Sequence record: SRR22947725_1128
Strand: one strand, 5' to 3'
DNA: 47,816 nucleotides
Part shown: piece after piece, positions 18,511 to 28,922 of the stretch
How positions within the stretch are numbered: the first letter of the stretch is position 1
Layout of the letters: the number at the start of each line of letters is the position of its first letter
Translations under genes and position numbers: made by a program
The notes under the pieces: model-generated
Databases searched by the model: none
Told to the model about the DNA's origin: nothing
The model's input: only the letters and a program-made list of their open reading frames with translations

Positions 18511-20475
18511 TCAGATTTTAATAAAATCGGTATCTTTAAATGAACCGTCGATCGGTAAAGGTTGAACCTGAGTCAGTGTGATTTCGTCTGGTAGATTATT
18601 TCCAAATTTGACTGTGTGTTTGCTGTTGGAAAAGACCTTTGGTCTGATGCTTCCTTTGTGTGATCGAGTCGTGTAAATAACTTCACCCGTATTTTCTTCG
18701 ATGATCTGGACGACACGATCCCTGCCATCACGAAAGCGATACTCGGGTAAATACGCGACTGCTTTTCGACCATCATTGGCCTCTTGTTGAATGGTCACCG
18801 GCCAACCCGGGAATTGGGCTTTATTCCCATCGCCTACGTCACTGAATCTGGGCCAACATTCAAAAACTACCTCGCGCGTTTTCTTTTTGAAGCGCGCAAT
18901 GCCGAATCCATCGGCCCGCTTCTTCTCGTCTTTGATGTTTTCTGGATTTGCATAAGCTACCATGGATATCTTGTTGCCCAACCCGTCTTTAAATTCACCA
19001 GTCCAAGGCAGTGGACTCTTAGGAATAGGGTTGGGGCCCGGTTTTTCATCTTCAGGATGCCACCAACGTCCGTATATAGTGTTGACCAATGCGGGGCCAG
19101 TAAACCCAAAGGGACCATCTCCATGCTGGTCGATACCGTGCTTTACAACGACTGCAAGGTGCTGATCTCCGCACAAATGCACTGCCCTTGCTTTACGGAT
19201 CAATGAGAGTGCGCGACGGCTGGGTGTTTGAGGCCACCCATTGCAATCAAGGTCTGCAAGAAGCCGACCGTTCCTGCTGCCATGCATATGGACTGCACCA
19301 CAGAAGGCGGTCTGCGAAAGAACGCACTTCATGTCCGAATCAGTCCAGTCTTGCGTCCATTCTTCCAGAAATTTTTCCTGTCTGGGGCCGAGTAATTCCA
19401 ATCCTTCCAGATCAATCTTACGAGGATCATAGCTGGGATCGTTGATGTGGTCCGGTCGTGGTCCCATTTGCGGGATTTTGCCCGCAGGTCCCGTTTTGAA
19501 CTTACGGTCTTCCAGGATTGCAAAGTCTACTTTTCCTACGGTCAACCGGGTGAAGTAGACTCCGATATTACGATTGACCGGGTCAGGGTCAACGGGATCT
19601 GGCAGACTCCATGTCTGTTGGCGTTGTACCAGATTTACATAATCCACCGGAAACTTATATCCGCCATCGGCATTGCCAGGTATACTTGAATGTTTTCCAT
19701 TTTCTCCCCACACGTTTGGGTGTCCAACATCATGATCATCCGGGATGGCAACCGTTGGTCGATCCTTAATGATATCGCGGTATTGCAATCCAAATTCGAT
19801 CCAACCTGCGGTATGTTCGGTATGACGGTAAGTCTGATCTCCTCCAAAGAAGAGTAGATCAGGGTTCAATTTGCGGAGATTGTCCACGATCTCCTTGCGG
19901 GGTCCCGTGGTGCGACTTGAATTGCATGAAAGATTTGCGACGACAATTTCTTCTTTGTTTTTGGGGTCCTTGCGTATCAAGCCTTCGAATTTGGCTCTCT
20001 TACCGTGCCGAACCCGATATTTGACGTCCACAGAATCGTCCCATTCTTCAATCCTGAAATGAGCATCCCAACCCGGATAAAGCACTTCTGCCTGAGCAAC
20101 CTCTTTCCAGTCCTCTTCGGGGAATTTAAGCTCCAGTCGGACTTGACGTGGTTCCCCTGGTTTCAAGGGGAATAATTGTGCCGTCAGCTTCAGGACCGCA
20201 TTTTGCTGGGTATAGAGTGCGAATACCACTACCTGATTCCTTGGGATATTCAGATTAGGAGGGGCTGCCTTGCGGCCATTTTTAAGAGGGGTCGTGAGGT
20301 TGCCAGGGCGTTTCCACCATTCACCTGTAGTGAGGGTTTCGAGATTGGCATAGTCTTCACCAAAAGGCTTAACAGCTTCAGCTGCTCTCAAGAATTGAGG
20401 AGCTATCATCAGGCTTGTTAAGCCCGCTGCCGTTTTTTTAATTGCGTTGCGTCGGCTGACTTTCATTTTATCCAA
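18511..20475 (-). CDS. Tat-exported PhoD-like metallophosphatase
   Basis: Twin-arginine signal (SRRNAIK), LSCN, GDQTY, PDDHDVG, DCNGWP and CGDQH metal-ligand motifs. Confidence 0.8.
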   Translation of the reverse strand: MDKMKVSRRNAIKKTAAGLTSLMIAPQFLRAAEAVKPFGEDYANLETLTTGEWWKRPGNLTTPLKNGRKAAPPNLNIPRNQVVVFALYTQQNAVLKLTAQLFPLKPGEPRQVRLELKFPEEDWKEVAQAEVLYPGWDAHFRIEEWDDSVDVKYRVRHGKRAKFEGLIRKDPKNKEEIVVANLSCNSSRTTGPRKEIVDNLRKLNPDLLFFGGDQTYRHTEHTAGWIEFGLQYRDIIKDRPTVAIPDDHDVGHPNVWGENGKHSSIPGNADGGYKFPVDYVNLVQRQQTWSLPDPVDPDPVNRNIGVYFTRLTVGKVDFAILEDRKFKTGPAGKIPQMGPRPDHINDPSYDPRKIDLEGLELLGPRQEKFLEEWTQDWTDSDMKCVLSQTAFCGAVHMHGSRNGRLLADLDCNGWPQTPSRRALSLIRKARAVHLCGDQHLAVVVKHGIDQHGDGPFGFTGPALVNTIYGRWWHPEDEKPGPNPIPKSPLPWTGEFKDGLGNKISMVAYANPENIKDEKKRADGFGIARFKKKTREVVFECWPRFSDVGDGNKAQFPGWPVTIQQEANDGRKAVAYLPEYRFRDGRDRVVQIIEENTGEVIYTTRSHKGSIRPKVFSNSKHTVKFGNNLPDEITLTQVQPLPIDGSFKDTDFIKI

Positions 20476-20617
20476 GGAGAACCCTTTTAAAAATATACAA
20501 ATGAACCATTAAATAACAGCAATTTCTGTAATTGGGTGATAAGGGATACGTGCCTTTTCCAAGTCAGTGGTCGCAATTAACTTCAAGAAACATCTGAGGT
20601 CTGGTAACGTTTTCCTC

Positions 20618-21484
20618 ATGAGCAAATTGGTGTCAGGAGAAGAAACTCTCAGCAGTAAATTCGACCTTCGTGATGTTACGCAATTTGATGATGAACAAGA
20701 TCAACCCAGATTATCAGATATCTCCAAAGAATTTCGAAACTCAGGCATGCTCTGGTTGCAAGGGGTCTTTGAATGTCAACTACTGGAGGACCTTCGATCT
20801 GCTTACTTGAAAGAATACGTGGGTTTGAATGAGGAGGATCATCCCAAGGTTTGTCTTGATGTGGGGGACAAGGATCGAAGCATGTATACGGTGATAAAAA
20901 AACCTCCTTTTGACCACCCAGATTTGCACCAGTCGCCTCTTTTATTTCCTGTTTTGAGATCCATTCTGAAAAAGGGAATGATCATCCAAAGTTTTGGTAT
21001 TGTATCGGCACCATCCGGGAGTCAGCGTCAACATTTACACGTTGACCACAGCGAACTGTTTGGAGAAATGCATGATTTTGGATCTTTCCTGCCTTCTTAT
21101 GCGATCACGCTGACGATTCCCTTGGTAGATTTGAATGAGGAGACAGGAACCACAGCCATCTGGCCAGGCAGCCACCGCAATGCGTCTAACGTGCCTGACG
21201 ATGACGAGAACCTAAGCTATGAGCACGCGGTTTTGCCCAAGGCAAAAGCAGGTGACTGTCTCATGTGGGATTTCAGAACGTATCACTGCGGTACTCCCAA
21301 TTTGACAGATTCTGATCGGCCGCTGCTTTATATGACACTGAGCCGCAGTTGGTTTGAAGATCGCTGTAACTATAATCGACTGGAGGGCAGGTTTCCCCTG
21401 TTAGTGAGTCAAAATTTCTTGAAGGGACTGGGTCATGATCAAAAAAAGCTCTTTCAGGCTGCTTCCATTTGTGATGGGTATTGA
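20618..21484 (+). CDS. Phytanoyl-CoA dioxygenase (PhyH)-family Fe(II)/2-oxoglutarate oxygenase
   Basis: HxD (QHLHVD), distal His (TYHCG.PN), GTTAIWPGSH, AGD and the 2OG-binding Arg (DRP). ATG at 20618 preferred over GTG at 20567. Confidence 0.85.
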   Translation: MSKLVSGEETLSSKFDLRDVTQFDDEQDQPRLSDISKEFRNSGMLWLQGVFECQLLEDLRSAYLKEYVGLNEEDHPKVCLDVGDKDRSMYTVIKKPPFDHPDLHQSPLLFPVLRSILKKGMIIQSFGIVSAPSGSQRQHLHVDHSELFGEMHDFGSFLPSYAITLTIPLVDLNEETGTTAIWPGSHRNASNVPDDDENLSYEHAVLPKAKAGDCLMWDFRTYHCGTPNLTDSDRPLLYMTLSRSWFEDRCNYNRLEGRFPLLVSQNFLKGLGHDQKKLFQAASICDGY

Positions 21485-21661
21485 TCACACGAGGCAGTAA
21501 GATATTTTTCAATCGGCCCCACTGACTTGGATTCGGCTCAGGTGGATTTTTTCTTATCCACGTTGAATTTTGCAGAGTGGGTCGCCTTCTTTCACCGTTG
21601 TTGAAACAAGCACCCTCTGCGTCTAGTATTTCATGACAATGACGTGTAAAAATTATTCACC

Positions 21662-24169
21662 ATGAAAATGAACCACTTGATGGGGACCTTGATGCTTGGT
21701 GTCACTCTCGGATGTGCCCCCATCATGGCCGCCGAGGTGCCCGCAATCTTGCCTCGATCCGATGCATCCCCAGTGTCCGATGGCAAGGTCAAGGTCTACA
21801 TCCTTGCGGGTCAGTCCAACATGGTCGGTTTTGGTTATCTGAAAGACTCACGTCCCGTTTATCCGAGCATCTTCCTTTCGGCGGATCCGAATATCAAGGT
21901 TGGTCGCATGCCGGTCGGGCCATCAGCTTTGCTGAAACACGGAGTGTACCTCTCGGCTGAGAAGGGAGCCCCTTCTGGAGCCAGTGTTTTGGTTTACTCC
22001 GGTGCCTACAGGGAAGGTGCCGACTATGACTCCATGGAGTCAGTGAAGGAGGCAATCATTGCTCTGGGAACCGTGGATGGCCGACTGCCTTCGCTTGAGG
22101 GCCCCCATACTGCGGTTGCTAAGGCCTTCATTGAAGTGCCCATGGGCGGTATGCATGAAATTCACCCGGGGTTTGAGAACAGTACTTACGCCATCGTTTC
22201 CCTCGGGGGAAGGGAAGTTTATCGCAGGGAAATCGGCAAGGAAGCGTTCTTGACGCCCGTTTTACTGGAGCAGGGAAAGCGTTATCCCATTTCCATCACG
22301 TACCTGAAAAGCGGTTCGACCGCTTTATGGCTCAAGCAAATCGATCTTAAAGGGAAGGGCGATCTCGCTTCGCTCATACGGAAGGGCAAGTATATTTGGT
22401 TTGCTGATGAGAAAGGGGAATGGACAGTGCGTCAGGATGTGACTTACTGGGAAACGCGAGTCTCCAAAAATGAGGGTGGAAACGGGGGCCCTCTGACGGC
22501 GACTTCGAATGGCAGATTCATCGGTCCCGAGGTGCCGTTTGGTTATGTCATGGGCACTTATCATGAGGAACCGGTTTTACTCATCGAATCATCCATGGGG
22601 AATCGATCCCTGAACTTTGATTTCCGTCCTCCTTCCAGTGGCAAGACAGAGGAAGAAAAGGCGAATGAGTACTGTGGTTTGGAATATGATCTGATGGTTG
22701 AAGGCGTTCATAAAACACTTGCGAACATCGATAACATCGTACCGGATTACAAGGGGCAGGGTTACGAGATCGCTGGCTTTGTCTGGTTTCAGGGACATAA
22801 GGACAAGGATGTTGCGAAGGAAGTTTATGAGACACACCTTGCTCATCTGATCAAGGACCTTCGCGACGAATTCAAAACACCAAAGATGCCGGTGGTAGTG
22901 GCTACAGTCGGTTTTGGAGGAATGGCAATGGACCCTGGGCACTTGATGACCTGGGAAGCTCAAATGGCAGTAAGTGATTCCAAGCGATACCCTGAGTTCG
23001 AGGGGACTGTGGCCACAGTGGATACCCGCTCGTTCTGGCGCTCACGGGGAGAATCCCCCACAAACACGGGCTATCACTACAATCATAATGCTGAAACCTA
23101 TGTTCTCACTGGTGACGCGCTCGGTCGTGCCATGGTCAGTTTGCAGGGAGGGCAGGCTGAAAAGTTGACTTCAGCTGACCGCCCCAAGCGGCATACGGAT
23201 GTTGAAAAAATTTATTCGGATGCCGTCACTGGCAATTATAACAAGCGAGGTCCTCACTACGCTTCCGCTTATTACCTGGAGATGGGGCAGGCTCTCAAGC
23301 CGATCATCATGGAAGCAATGGTGCCTGGATTCATTGACAGTGCTTTTGCTCCCAACAGCCGTGCTTCGCTCAAGGGGATTGTCACCTGTGAGAGGCCGCA
23401 GAGAATGCCTGCGGATATTCGGAGTGATCTCGACACCCTGATTGAATATTACGCTATCGCGGGAGTTCCGGATTTCGCCTGGAAACCTTTCGGTCCGGAC
23501 ATGCGCAACGCGAGCTGGTCGTATTTTAGTTTTGATCCGCCCGAGAAACAGGAGCTCGAGGTGAGTGATCGCTACCGCAAGATTACCTTTCCAGAAGGAA
23601 TGGAACGCTGGTTTGCACCCGAATTTGATCCGGCCAAAGCGCATTGGGAAACCGGTCAGGCCCCTTTTGGCAGGATGGGCGACAAACTGGATCGTCGTCG
23701 ACCGAGGTGTAATGGCACTCATTGTGGTTGCAGTGAGATACCTCATACTTTTTGGGAAAAAGAAGTGCTCCTCATGCGGCAGACCTTTGAGATTCCCGCG
23801 CTCAAAGAAGGGCATGCCTATCGCCTTATTCTTGGTGGGGCTGGGTGTGATCGTTCGGGCGAAGGCTTCGCGATCTATGTGAATGGTAAGCCATTGACGG
23901 AAGTGTCCGGTGGTTTTTATCGCTACACCGGAATCCGCGGCAGTTATCTGTATGCCGACATCTTGCCGGAGTTCAAAGGAGGAGAAGTGACTCTCGCAGT
24001 GATCAATTTTCTACGCTACACCCACTTCAGGAATGTGACCCGTTACCACGGTCCTCATCCTGATTTTCGAGGAAAGCAAGTGCCTCCCAACGGGCATGTC
24101 AGTATTTGGATGGAAGAGGCCAAGCTTTCCCCGGCAGTTCTCGAAGCTGCCATGAAAACGGAGGATTAG
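21662..24169 (+). CDS. Secreted SASA-type (sialate O-acetylesterase-like, SGNH) carbohydrate esterase with inserted and C-terminal beta domains
   Basis: Signal peptide, KVYILAGQSNMVG, GPEVPFG, GFVWFQG and GYHYNHNAE motifs. The C-terminal region resembles a jelly-roll (W..G.APFG, LMRQTF, IYVNG). Confidence 0.8.
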   Translation: MKMNHLMGTLMLGVTLGCAPIMAAEVPAILPRSDASPVSDGKVKVYILAGQSNMVGFGYLKDSRPVYPSIFLSADPNIKVGRMPVGPSALLKHGVYLSAEKGAPSGASVLVYSGAYREGADYDSMESVKEAIIALGTVDGRLPSLEGPHTAVAKAFIEVPMGGMHEIHPGFENSTYAIVSLGGREVYRREIGKEAFLTPVLLEQGKRYPISITYLKSGSTALWLKQIDLKGKGDLASLIRKGKYIWFADEKGEWTVRQDVTYWETRVSKNEGGNGGPLTATSNGRFIGPEVPFGYVMGTYHEEPVLLIESSMGNRSLNFDFRPPSSGKTEEEKANEYCGLEYDLMVEGVHKTLANIDNIVPDYKGQGYEIAGFVWFQGHKDKDVAKEVYETHLAHLIKDLRDEFKTPKMPVVVATVGFGGMAMDPGHLMTWEAQMAVSDSKRYPEFEGTVATVDTRSFWRSRGESPTNTGYHYNHNAETYVLTGDALGRAMVSLQGGQAEKLTSADRPKRHTDVEKIYSDAVTGNYNKRGPHYASAYYLEMGQALKPIIMEAMVPGFIDSAFAPNSRASLKGIVTCERPQRMPADIRSDLDTLIEYYAIAGVPDFAWKPFGPDMRNASWSYFSFDPPEKQELEVSDRYRKITFPEGMERWFAPEFDPAKAHWETGQAPFGRMGDKLDRRRPRCNGTHCGCSEIPHTFWEKEVLLMRQTFEIPALKEGHAYRLILGGAGCDRSGEGFAIYVNGKPLTEVSGGFYRYTGIRGSYLYADILPEFKGGEVTLAVINFLRYTHFRNVTRYHGPHPDFRGKQVPPNGHVSIWMEEAKLSPAVLEAAMKTED

Positions 24170-24310
24170 CAGATCTCTGCGCGACCTGAGGTCATCGATA
24201 AAGCGTCACCCCGTCGTCTCTGGACCTTTCTGCGAACGAGTTAAGCTCCAAAAGGAGCACTCAATTGAAAGTATCTGACAACAGGTTTAAAATGAGACTC
24301 CTGAATCCTG

Positions 24311-24720
24311 TTAGATTTTGATTTCGATGATCTGCTTGGTGGCGATGTCAATGGGGCGGTTCAAAGGCAATCCAGCGCACGCAACAAGTGTTGTGAGCAG
24401 GTCTCCCTGATTTCCCTTGATGTCTGGAAGAAACTTGCCTGTATTGACTGAGCCACCGCCTTTTCAGGCGATAATAAAGGGGAGGTTTTCCCGATGATGC
24501 TTGTTGCCATCTTTCAGGCCTCACCTCTATATCATGATACAATTATCAAGCAGTCTAGCGCTGCTTGTTTTAGGGGGGCCATTTTCTTCACCATGTAAGC
24601 AAACTGATCGATGTTGAATGTTGTGAGGTTGGAGGGGTGGCTGCTCGTATGGGATCCCTTGCGACCGTAGAATGATGAGAATGTCTTCATGCCGGAATGT
24701 CCTCCACCACCATGGGCGCG
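24311..24720 (-). pseudogene. Degraded 3' fragment of a DUF1552-family gene
   Basis: Manual translation gives ...FNIDQFAYMVKKM...(frameshift)...[40 protein letters not shown]...GDLLTTL...EIKI*. It has three internal stops and a frameshift. The 5' boundary is approximate. Confidence 0.7.
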
Positions 24721-24876
24721 GCTTGTTTCTGTTCAATGTGCATGCATGCGCACCATGATCGATTACACCAGGCTGCTGTTTCGCTCTCAGCACCAAGCTA
24801 AAACAGACCGTTTGCTGATCTTGAACGGATCGAGGTATCAGGCAGAGGATCCTTGGCCCATTTAATCCAAATTTGA

Positions 24877-25932
24877 TCAGCGGTAGAAAGCCGGCGGGTG
24901 GGGTGAAACCCCCAGTTTTTTATAATTGAATCCACTTTCCAGAGGCTCATAGATGCCTGTGTATGCCACGCTGCTTTCCGCCGAGATCTGGTCTACCATT
25001 TCCAGTCCCCAATAGATGGCATTGATGATCAGGCGGCGCAGTCCCGGGTTCTGGAGGTCTTTGCCGCTTCCCATCGTGGATTGTAGCACTCTTGCAGTCT
25101 GGCCCCCGGTGGTTTTCCAGTGCTTGAACCAGACCACCGGCAGGGGCGCTTTCTCGGGATTCGTTGCTCCGCCCTGCTTTCTGCCGATAAGGGGTTGTCC
25201 CATCACGAGGGCGGTGCATCCCGCAGGAAGTCCGGAGCCCTCTTCATAAGTACGGTAGACATCCGATGGTCCCCAGATGTCCTGCACGCCGATCAGGATC
25301 GGATGTTCCTTCATCTTCGGGATGATATCGCCGCGCGTGGAATCCTGATGCCAGTTGCCGTGATGACTGAGAAAGGTTCCGCCCAGAAGCTCTCCAATTC
25401 TTACCTGCCTGCTGTTGATGCTGTAGGGAAGGGGGCCCCTGAATCCGTGGTTTGCGGTGCGGAGTCCGATGATCGGTTTGCCAGAATCCAGATATTCAAC
25501 GATGTGCTGCAGCTGATCTTCAGGCAGGGTCAGTAATCGAGTCAGGAAAATCACCAGGTCAGCCTTTTCAAGGTATTTCAGCCCAGGAATGTGATGCGAT
25601 TTGAAGGCATCCTCCTCGCCCTTCTTGGGGTAAACAGGCATGGTTGGATCCACCATGCCATCTCCATTGAGGCCAAAAAGGACGGTGCAGTGAAAACCAT
25701 GTTGCCTCGAGAGAATGCCAGCCATCATGGGCATCGATTTTTCGCTGCGGTATTCTTGATCTGCGGCGATCAGGATGACATGCTTGCCCTGTCCGGGACC
25801 TTTGCCTCCCGGATAAATCAGCCACTGGTCACTTTCCGACAAGGGATGTTGTGTGCCAGCCGAAACCGTGGCCGAAAAAAACACGACGAGAGGCATGAGC
25901 GCAAACGTCATGAGTTGTTTTTTGATCTCCAT
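24877..25932 (-). CDS. ThuA-like (class I glutamine amidotransferase-fold) secreted protein
   Basis: Signal peptide, LIAADQEYRSE, GKPIIGLRTANHGF, HPILIGV and STMG motifs typical of PVC ThuA-domain proteins. Confidence 0.78.
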   Translation of the reverse strand: MEIKKQLMTFALMPLVVFFSATVSAGTQHPLSESDQWLIYPGGKGPGQGKHVILIAADQEYRSEKSMPMMAGILSRQHGFHCTVLFGLNGDGMVDPTMPVYPKKGEEDAFKSHHIPGLKYLEKADLVIFLTRLLTLPEDQLQHIVEYLDSGKPIIGLRTANHGFRGPLPYSINSRQVRIGELLGGTFLSHHGNWHQDSTRGDIIPKMKEHPILIGVQDIWGPSDVYRTYEEGSGLPAGCTALVMGQPLIGRKQGGATNPEKAPLPVVWFKHWKTTGGQTARVLQSTMGSGKDLQNPGLRRLIINAIYWGLEMVDQISAESSVAYTGIYEPLESGFNYKKLGVSPHPPAFYR

Positions 25933-26327
25933 GCCAAGAAGCTAAAACGTTTATCAGGAGATGTCAGCTTTCAACTCCCTTTCCTTACCCTTGATTTTCA
26001 TTGGCAATGATTCACGATCGGTATTGGTAATTCTGGTAATCTGTATTCGAGGAGTTACTATCCGCCTTTTGAAGGTTGAACAATAGATCAGTTTTTTGTT
26101 CAATCGATGAGCATCATCTATCAAAAAATAAATCCATTGCTTCAGGCGGCATCATTCCACGGTGGATGGGAGAGTGACCAGCTGACTTGCTCTCGGTGAA
26201 CTTAGCAGAGGGATCGTTGAGCCATTATTGTTGGAGGATAAATAGGCTTCATTCCTGTGCCCCCTTTCAGTAAGACCGGAATACAAAAAATGATCGCATT
26301 ATTTCTAACACTTAGAGGAGAAAAATA

Positions 26328-26906
26328 TTGAGCAAACGAACCAAACGGAGTGGTGCGCGCAATAACAGGCATGCGCAAGGCGGCGGCTTTGTTGCGGTTG
26401 ATCAACCTGATTTAGAGACAATCCTCAGTTCCACAGAGAATCCCTTCCTGCTGGTTCTTGACGGTGTCCAGGACCCGCACAATCTAGGGGCATGCCTACG
26501 GACAGCTGATGGCGCTGGCATTCATGCGGTGATCGCCCCTCGGAATCGGGCAGTTTCCATTACAGAAACCGTCTCTAGAATTTCCTGTGGCGCGGCGGAA
26601 AACGTACCTTTTGTGCGCGTCGTAAACATCGTAAGGACCCTTGAACTTCTCCGTGAGCACGGGGTCAATCTGGTGGGGACTGCTGATGGCGCCGAATCAA
26701 CATCGTTATATGAGGTCGACTTTACTGGACCGACCGCATTGGTGTTGGGAGCCGAGGGCAAGGGGATTCGACGGCTTACGCAAGAGAACTGTGATCAAGT
26801 GGTACGCATACCCATGTTAGGGAGAGTGGATTGCTTGAATGTATCAGTGGCGACTGGTGTGTGTCTATACGAAGCGCTTAGACAGAGGATAGGCCAGAGC
26901 AAGTAG
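26328..26906 (+). CDS. rlmB: 23S rRNA Gm2251 2'-O-methyltransferase (SPOUT), short form
   Basis: LDGVQDPHNLGACLRTA, LVLGAEGKG and IPM.G..CLNVSVA motifs. An AGAGGAG RBS precedes the TTG start. Confidence 0.8.
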   Translation: MSKRTKRSGARNNRHAQGGGFVAVDQPDLETILSSTENPFLLVLDGVQDPHNLGACLRTADGAGIHAVIAPRNRAVSITETVSRISCGAAENVPFVRVVNIVRTLELLREHGVNLVGTADGAESTSLYEVDFTGPTALVLGAEGKGIRRLTQENCDQVVRIPMLGRVDCLNVSVATGVCLYEALRQRIGQSK

Positions 26907-27314
26907 TTATTTGGAGGGCTGTTTTGGCTGCAACAGCCTGGGCATTTGGTGTGACAACCTTATCTCTCTGGGTAAGCTCCGGCAAACCCGGTTGTTTCCA
27001 GCTTTCAACCTCAACTCGGATTTGTTGCACCCTGATTTTGTTGCGATTCTCGAATTCAACGCGATCCATGGATTTCTACTCTTTGATTCCAAATCGCTGT
27101 TCGCTGTAAACATGGCGAAGCTGATACCAGTCAGCATTTGTTCAACAAAGCCAGATGTTGATGGGGTTTTCCATAGTGATCGAATCACCAGCCTCCAATG
27201 GGGAGTCGCTCGTTTATCACGCCGTCATTCACCTGCGGTTGGATGCCTTGAACAATCGCAATCTTTCCCATTTCGACCAAGTCGCCCGCCAACTTCAGTG
27301 CCGGAGCCTCCGCT

Positions 27315-28922
27315 CTACGCTGTGATCGCAGCGCGTTCGTTGCCTTTTGAGTTGGTTTTCTCCAGGAAGTAGTCGTAATCGCCTGCATATGAGGTCACCG
27401 TGCCTTTGTTGACATGCAGGACCTTGGTGGCGAGTCGGCGTATGAAGTAGACATCATGGGAAATGAAGAGCAGCGAACCTTCGTAACGCTCAAGAGCGAT
27501 GATCAACGATTCAACGGTCAGTATGTCAAGATGAGTGGTGGGCTCGTCCATCAGCAGGAGGTTAGGAGGGTTGACCAGGAACTTGAGAAGGTTTAACCGG
27601 CTTTTTTCGCCCCCACTCAGCACATTGGTTTTTTTGTATATTTCCTCTTTGCGAAACATGAAGGAGCCGAGTATCCCCCGCGCTTCATCTTCACGGATGT
27701 CCGGCGAAGATTCAAGCACCTCATCGAGCACAGTATTATTTGGATCAAGCGATTTGGAACGGTGCTGACTGAAATAGCCGAGCTTACAATTATGGCCCTC
27801 GGTCCGAACGCCCTTCTGGAATTTTACCTCACCTGCGAGAATCTTGATTAGCGTAGATTTCCCTGCACCATTCGGCCCGATAAGGACCGTTCGATCGCCG
27901 CGCTGAACTTCGAAGTCAAGCCCTTCATAGACCTTGTTGTCTCCGTAGGACATGTGGATGTTTTCCAGCGCAATGGACCGCTGGCCGCCTCGCAAGGGAG
28001 CGGGGAACCTGAATGGATAAGGCTTGCGGGGAGGGAGAGGTTTTTCAAGCATTACCATTTTTTCCAATGCCTTCAGCCTGCTCTGAGCCTGTGCGGCTTT
28101 GGAAGTCACATTCCGAAATCGGCTGACGAAGTCCTTGACCACCGAAATCTCCTTCTGCTGGTTCTTATAGGCAGCGGAATCTCGAATGAAAGCTTCCTTT
28201 TTCTGAATTTCGTATTCGGAAAAGTTACCTTTCCAGGAAAGAAGTCGCTTGTTTGAGAACTCAAATACCTTTTGCACGATACTATCCATGAACTGTCGAT
28301 CATGCGAGATCAACAGCACCGCGCAGGACTGGGTCTTGAGGTATTCCTGAAACCAGAGCAAGGCACTGAGATCGAGGTGGTTGGTCGGCTCATCAAGCAT
28401 CAGTAAATCAGGTTGCATGGCCAACAAACGAGCCAGATGTGCGCGCATGACCCACCCACCGCTCAAGTCGGAAGCAGGACGATCAAAATGCTCTTCCGAG
28501 AATCCGAGGCCGTGAAGCATCTTCTTTGCCTTGGCTTCGAACTGTGGATCGTTCAGTGCATCGAATTTGGCCTGAGCCTCGTAGTATTCGATGCAATCGC
28601 ACTTACCGGCTTCCTCCAGTTGACGAAGGGACGCCTCCAACGCTGGGATCGTGCCAACACGGCCAGTGGCTACTTCCATTACTGTCTCGTCTCCGAGTGC
28701 CTCACTCTCCTGTGGTAAATAACCGACTGTGGTCCACTCGTCCCGATTGATCTCGCCTGTGTCGGCCGTCTCATTGCCTAGGATGAGTGAGAAAAGCGTG
28801 GTTTTGCCAGAGCCGTTAGGGCCGACCAACGCCACCCGTTCGCCATAGTTCATGGTCATGGATACATCTTCAAATAAAGGCGTTCCGGCAAATGCTTTTG
28901 CTAATTTTCGAATGGTCAACAT
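27315..28922 (-). CDS. ABC-F family ATPase (ribosome-associated, two ABC domains, no TM segments)
   Basis: Two Walker A motifs (GPNGSGKTT, GPNGAGKST), LSGG signatures and DEPTNHLD/DEPTTHLD, joined by a charged helical linker. Confidence 0.93.
   Translation of the reverse strand: MLTIRKLAKAFAGTPLFEDVSMTMNYGERVALVGPNGSGKTTLFSLILGNETADTGEINRDEWTTVGYLPQESEALGDETVMEVATGRVGTIPALEASLRQLEEAGKCDCIEYYEAQAKFDALNDPQFEAKAKKMLHGLGFSEEHFDRPASDLSGGWVMRAHLARLLAMQPDLLMLDEPTNHLDLSALLWFQEYLKTQSCAVLLISHDRQFMDSIVQKVFEFSNKRLLSWKGNFSEYEIQKKEAFIRDSAAYKNQQKEISVVKDFVSRFRNVTSKAAQAQSRLKALEKMVMLEKPLPPRKPYPFRFPAPLRGGQRSIALENIHMSYGDNKVYEGLDFEVQRGDRTVLIGPNGAGKSTLIKILAGEVKFQKGVRTEGHNCKLGYFSQHRSKSLDPNNTVLDEVLESSPDIREDEARGILGSFMFRKEEIYKKTNVLSGGEKSRLNLLKFLVNPPNLLLMDEPTTHLDILTVESLIIALERYEGSLLFISHDVYFIRRLATKVLHVNKGTVTSYAGDYDYFLEKTNSKGNERAAITA

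Noticed and set aside
26907-27314. Short overlapping ORFs between rlmB and the ABC-F gene
   Set aside because: There are competing frames, no RBS or motif, and atypical composition. The region may be a decayed gene, but I cannot support that.
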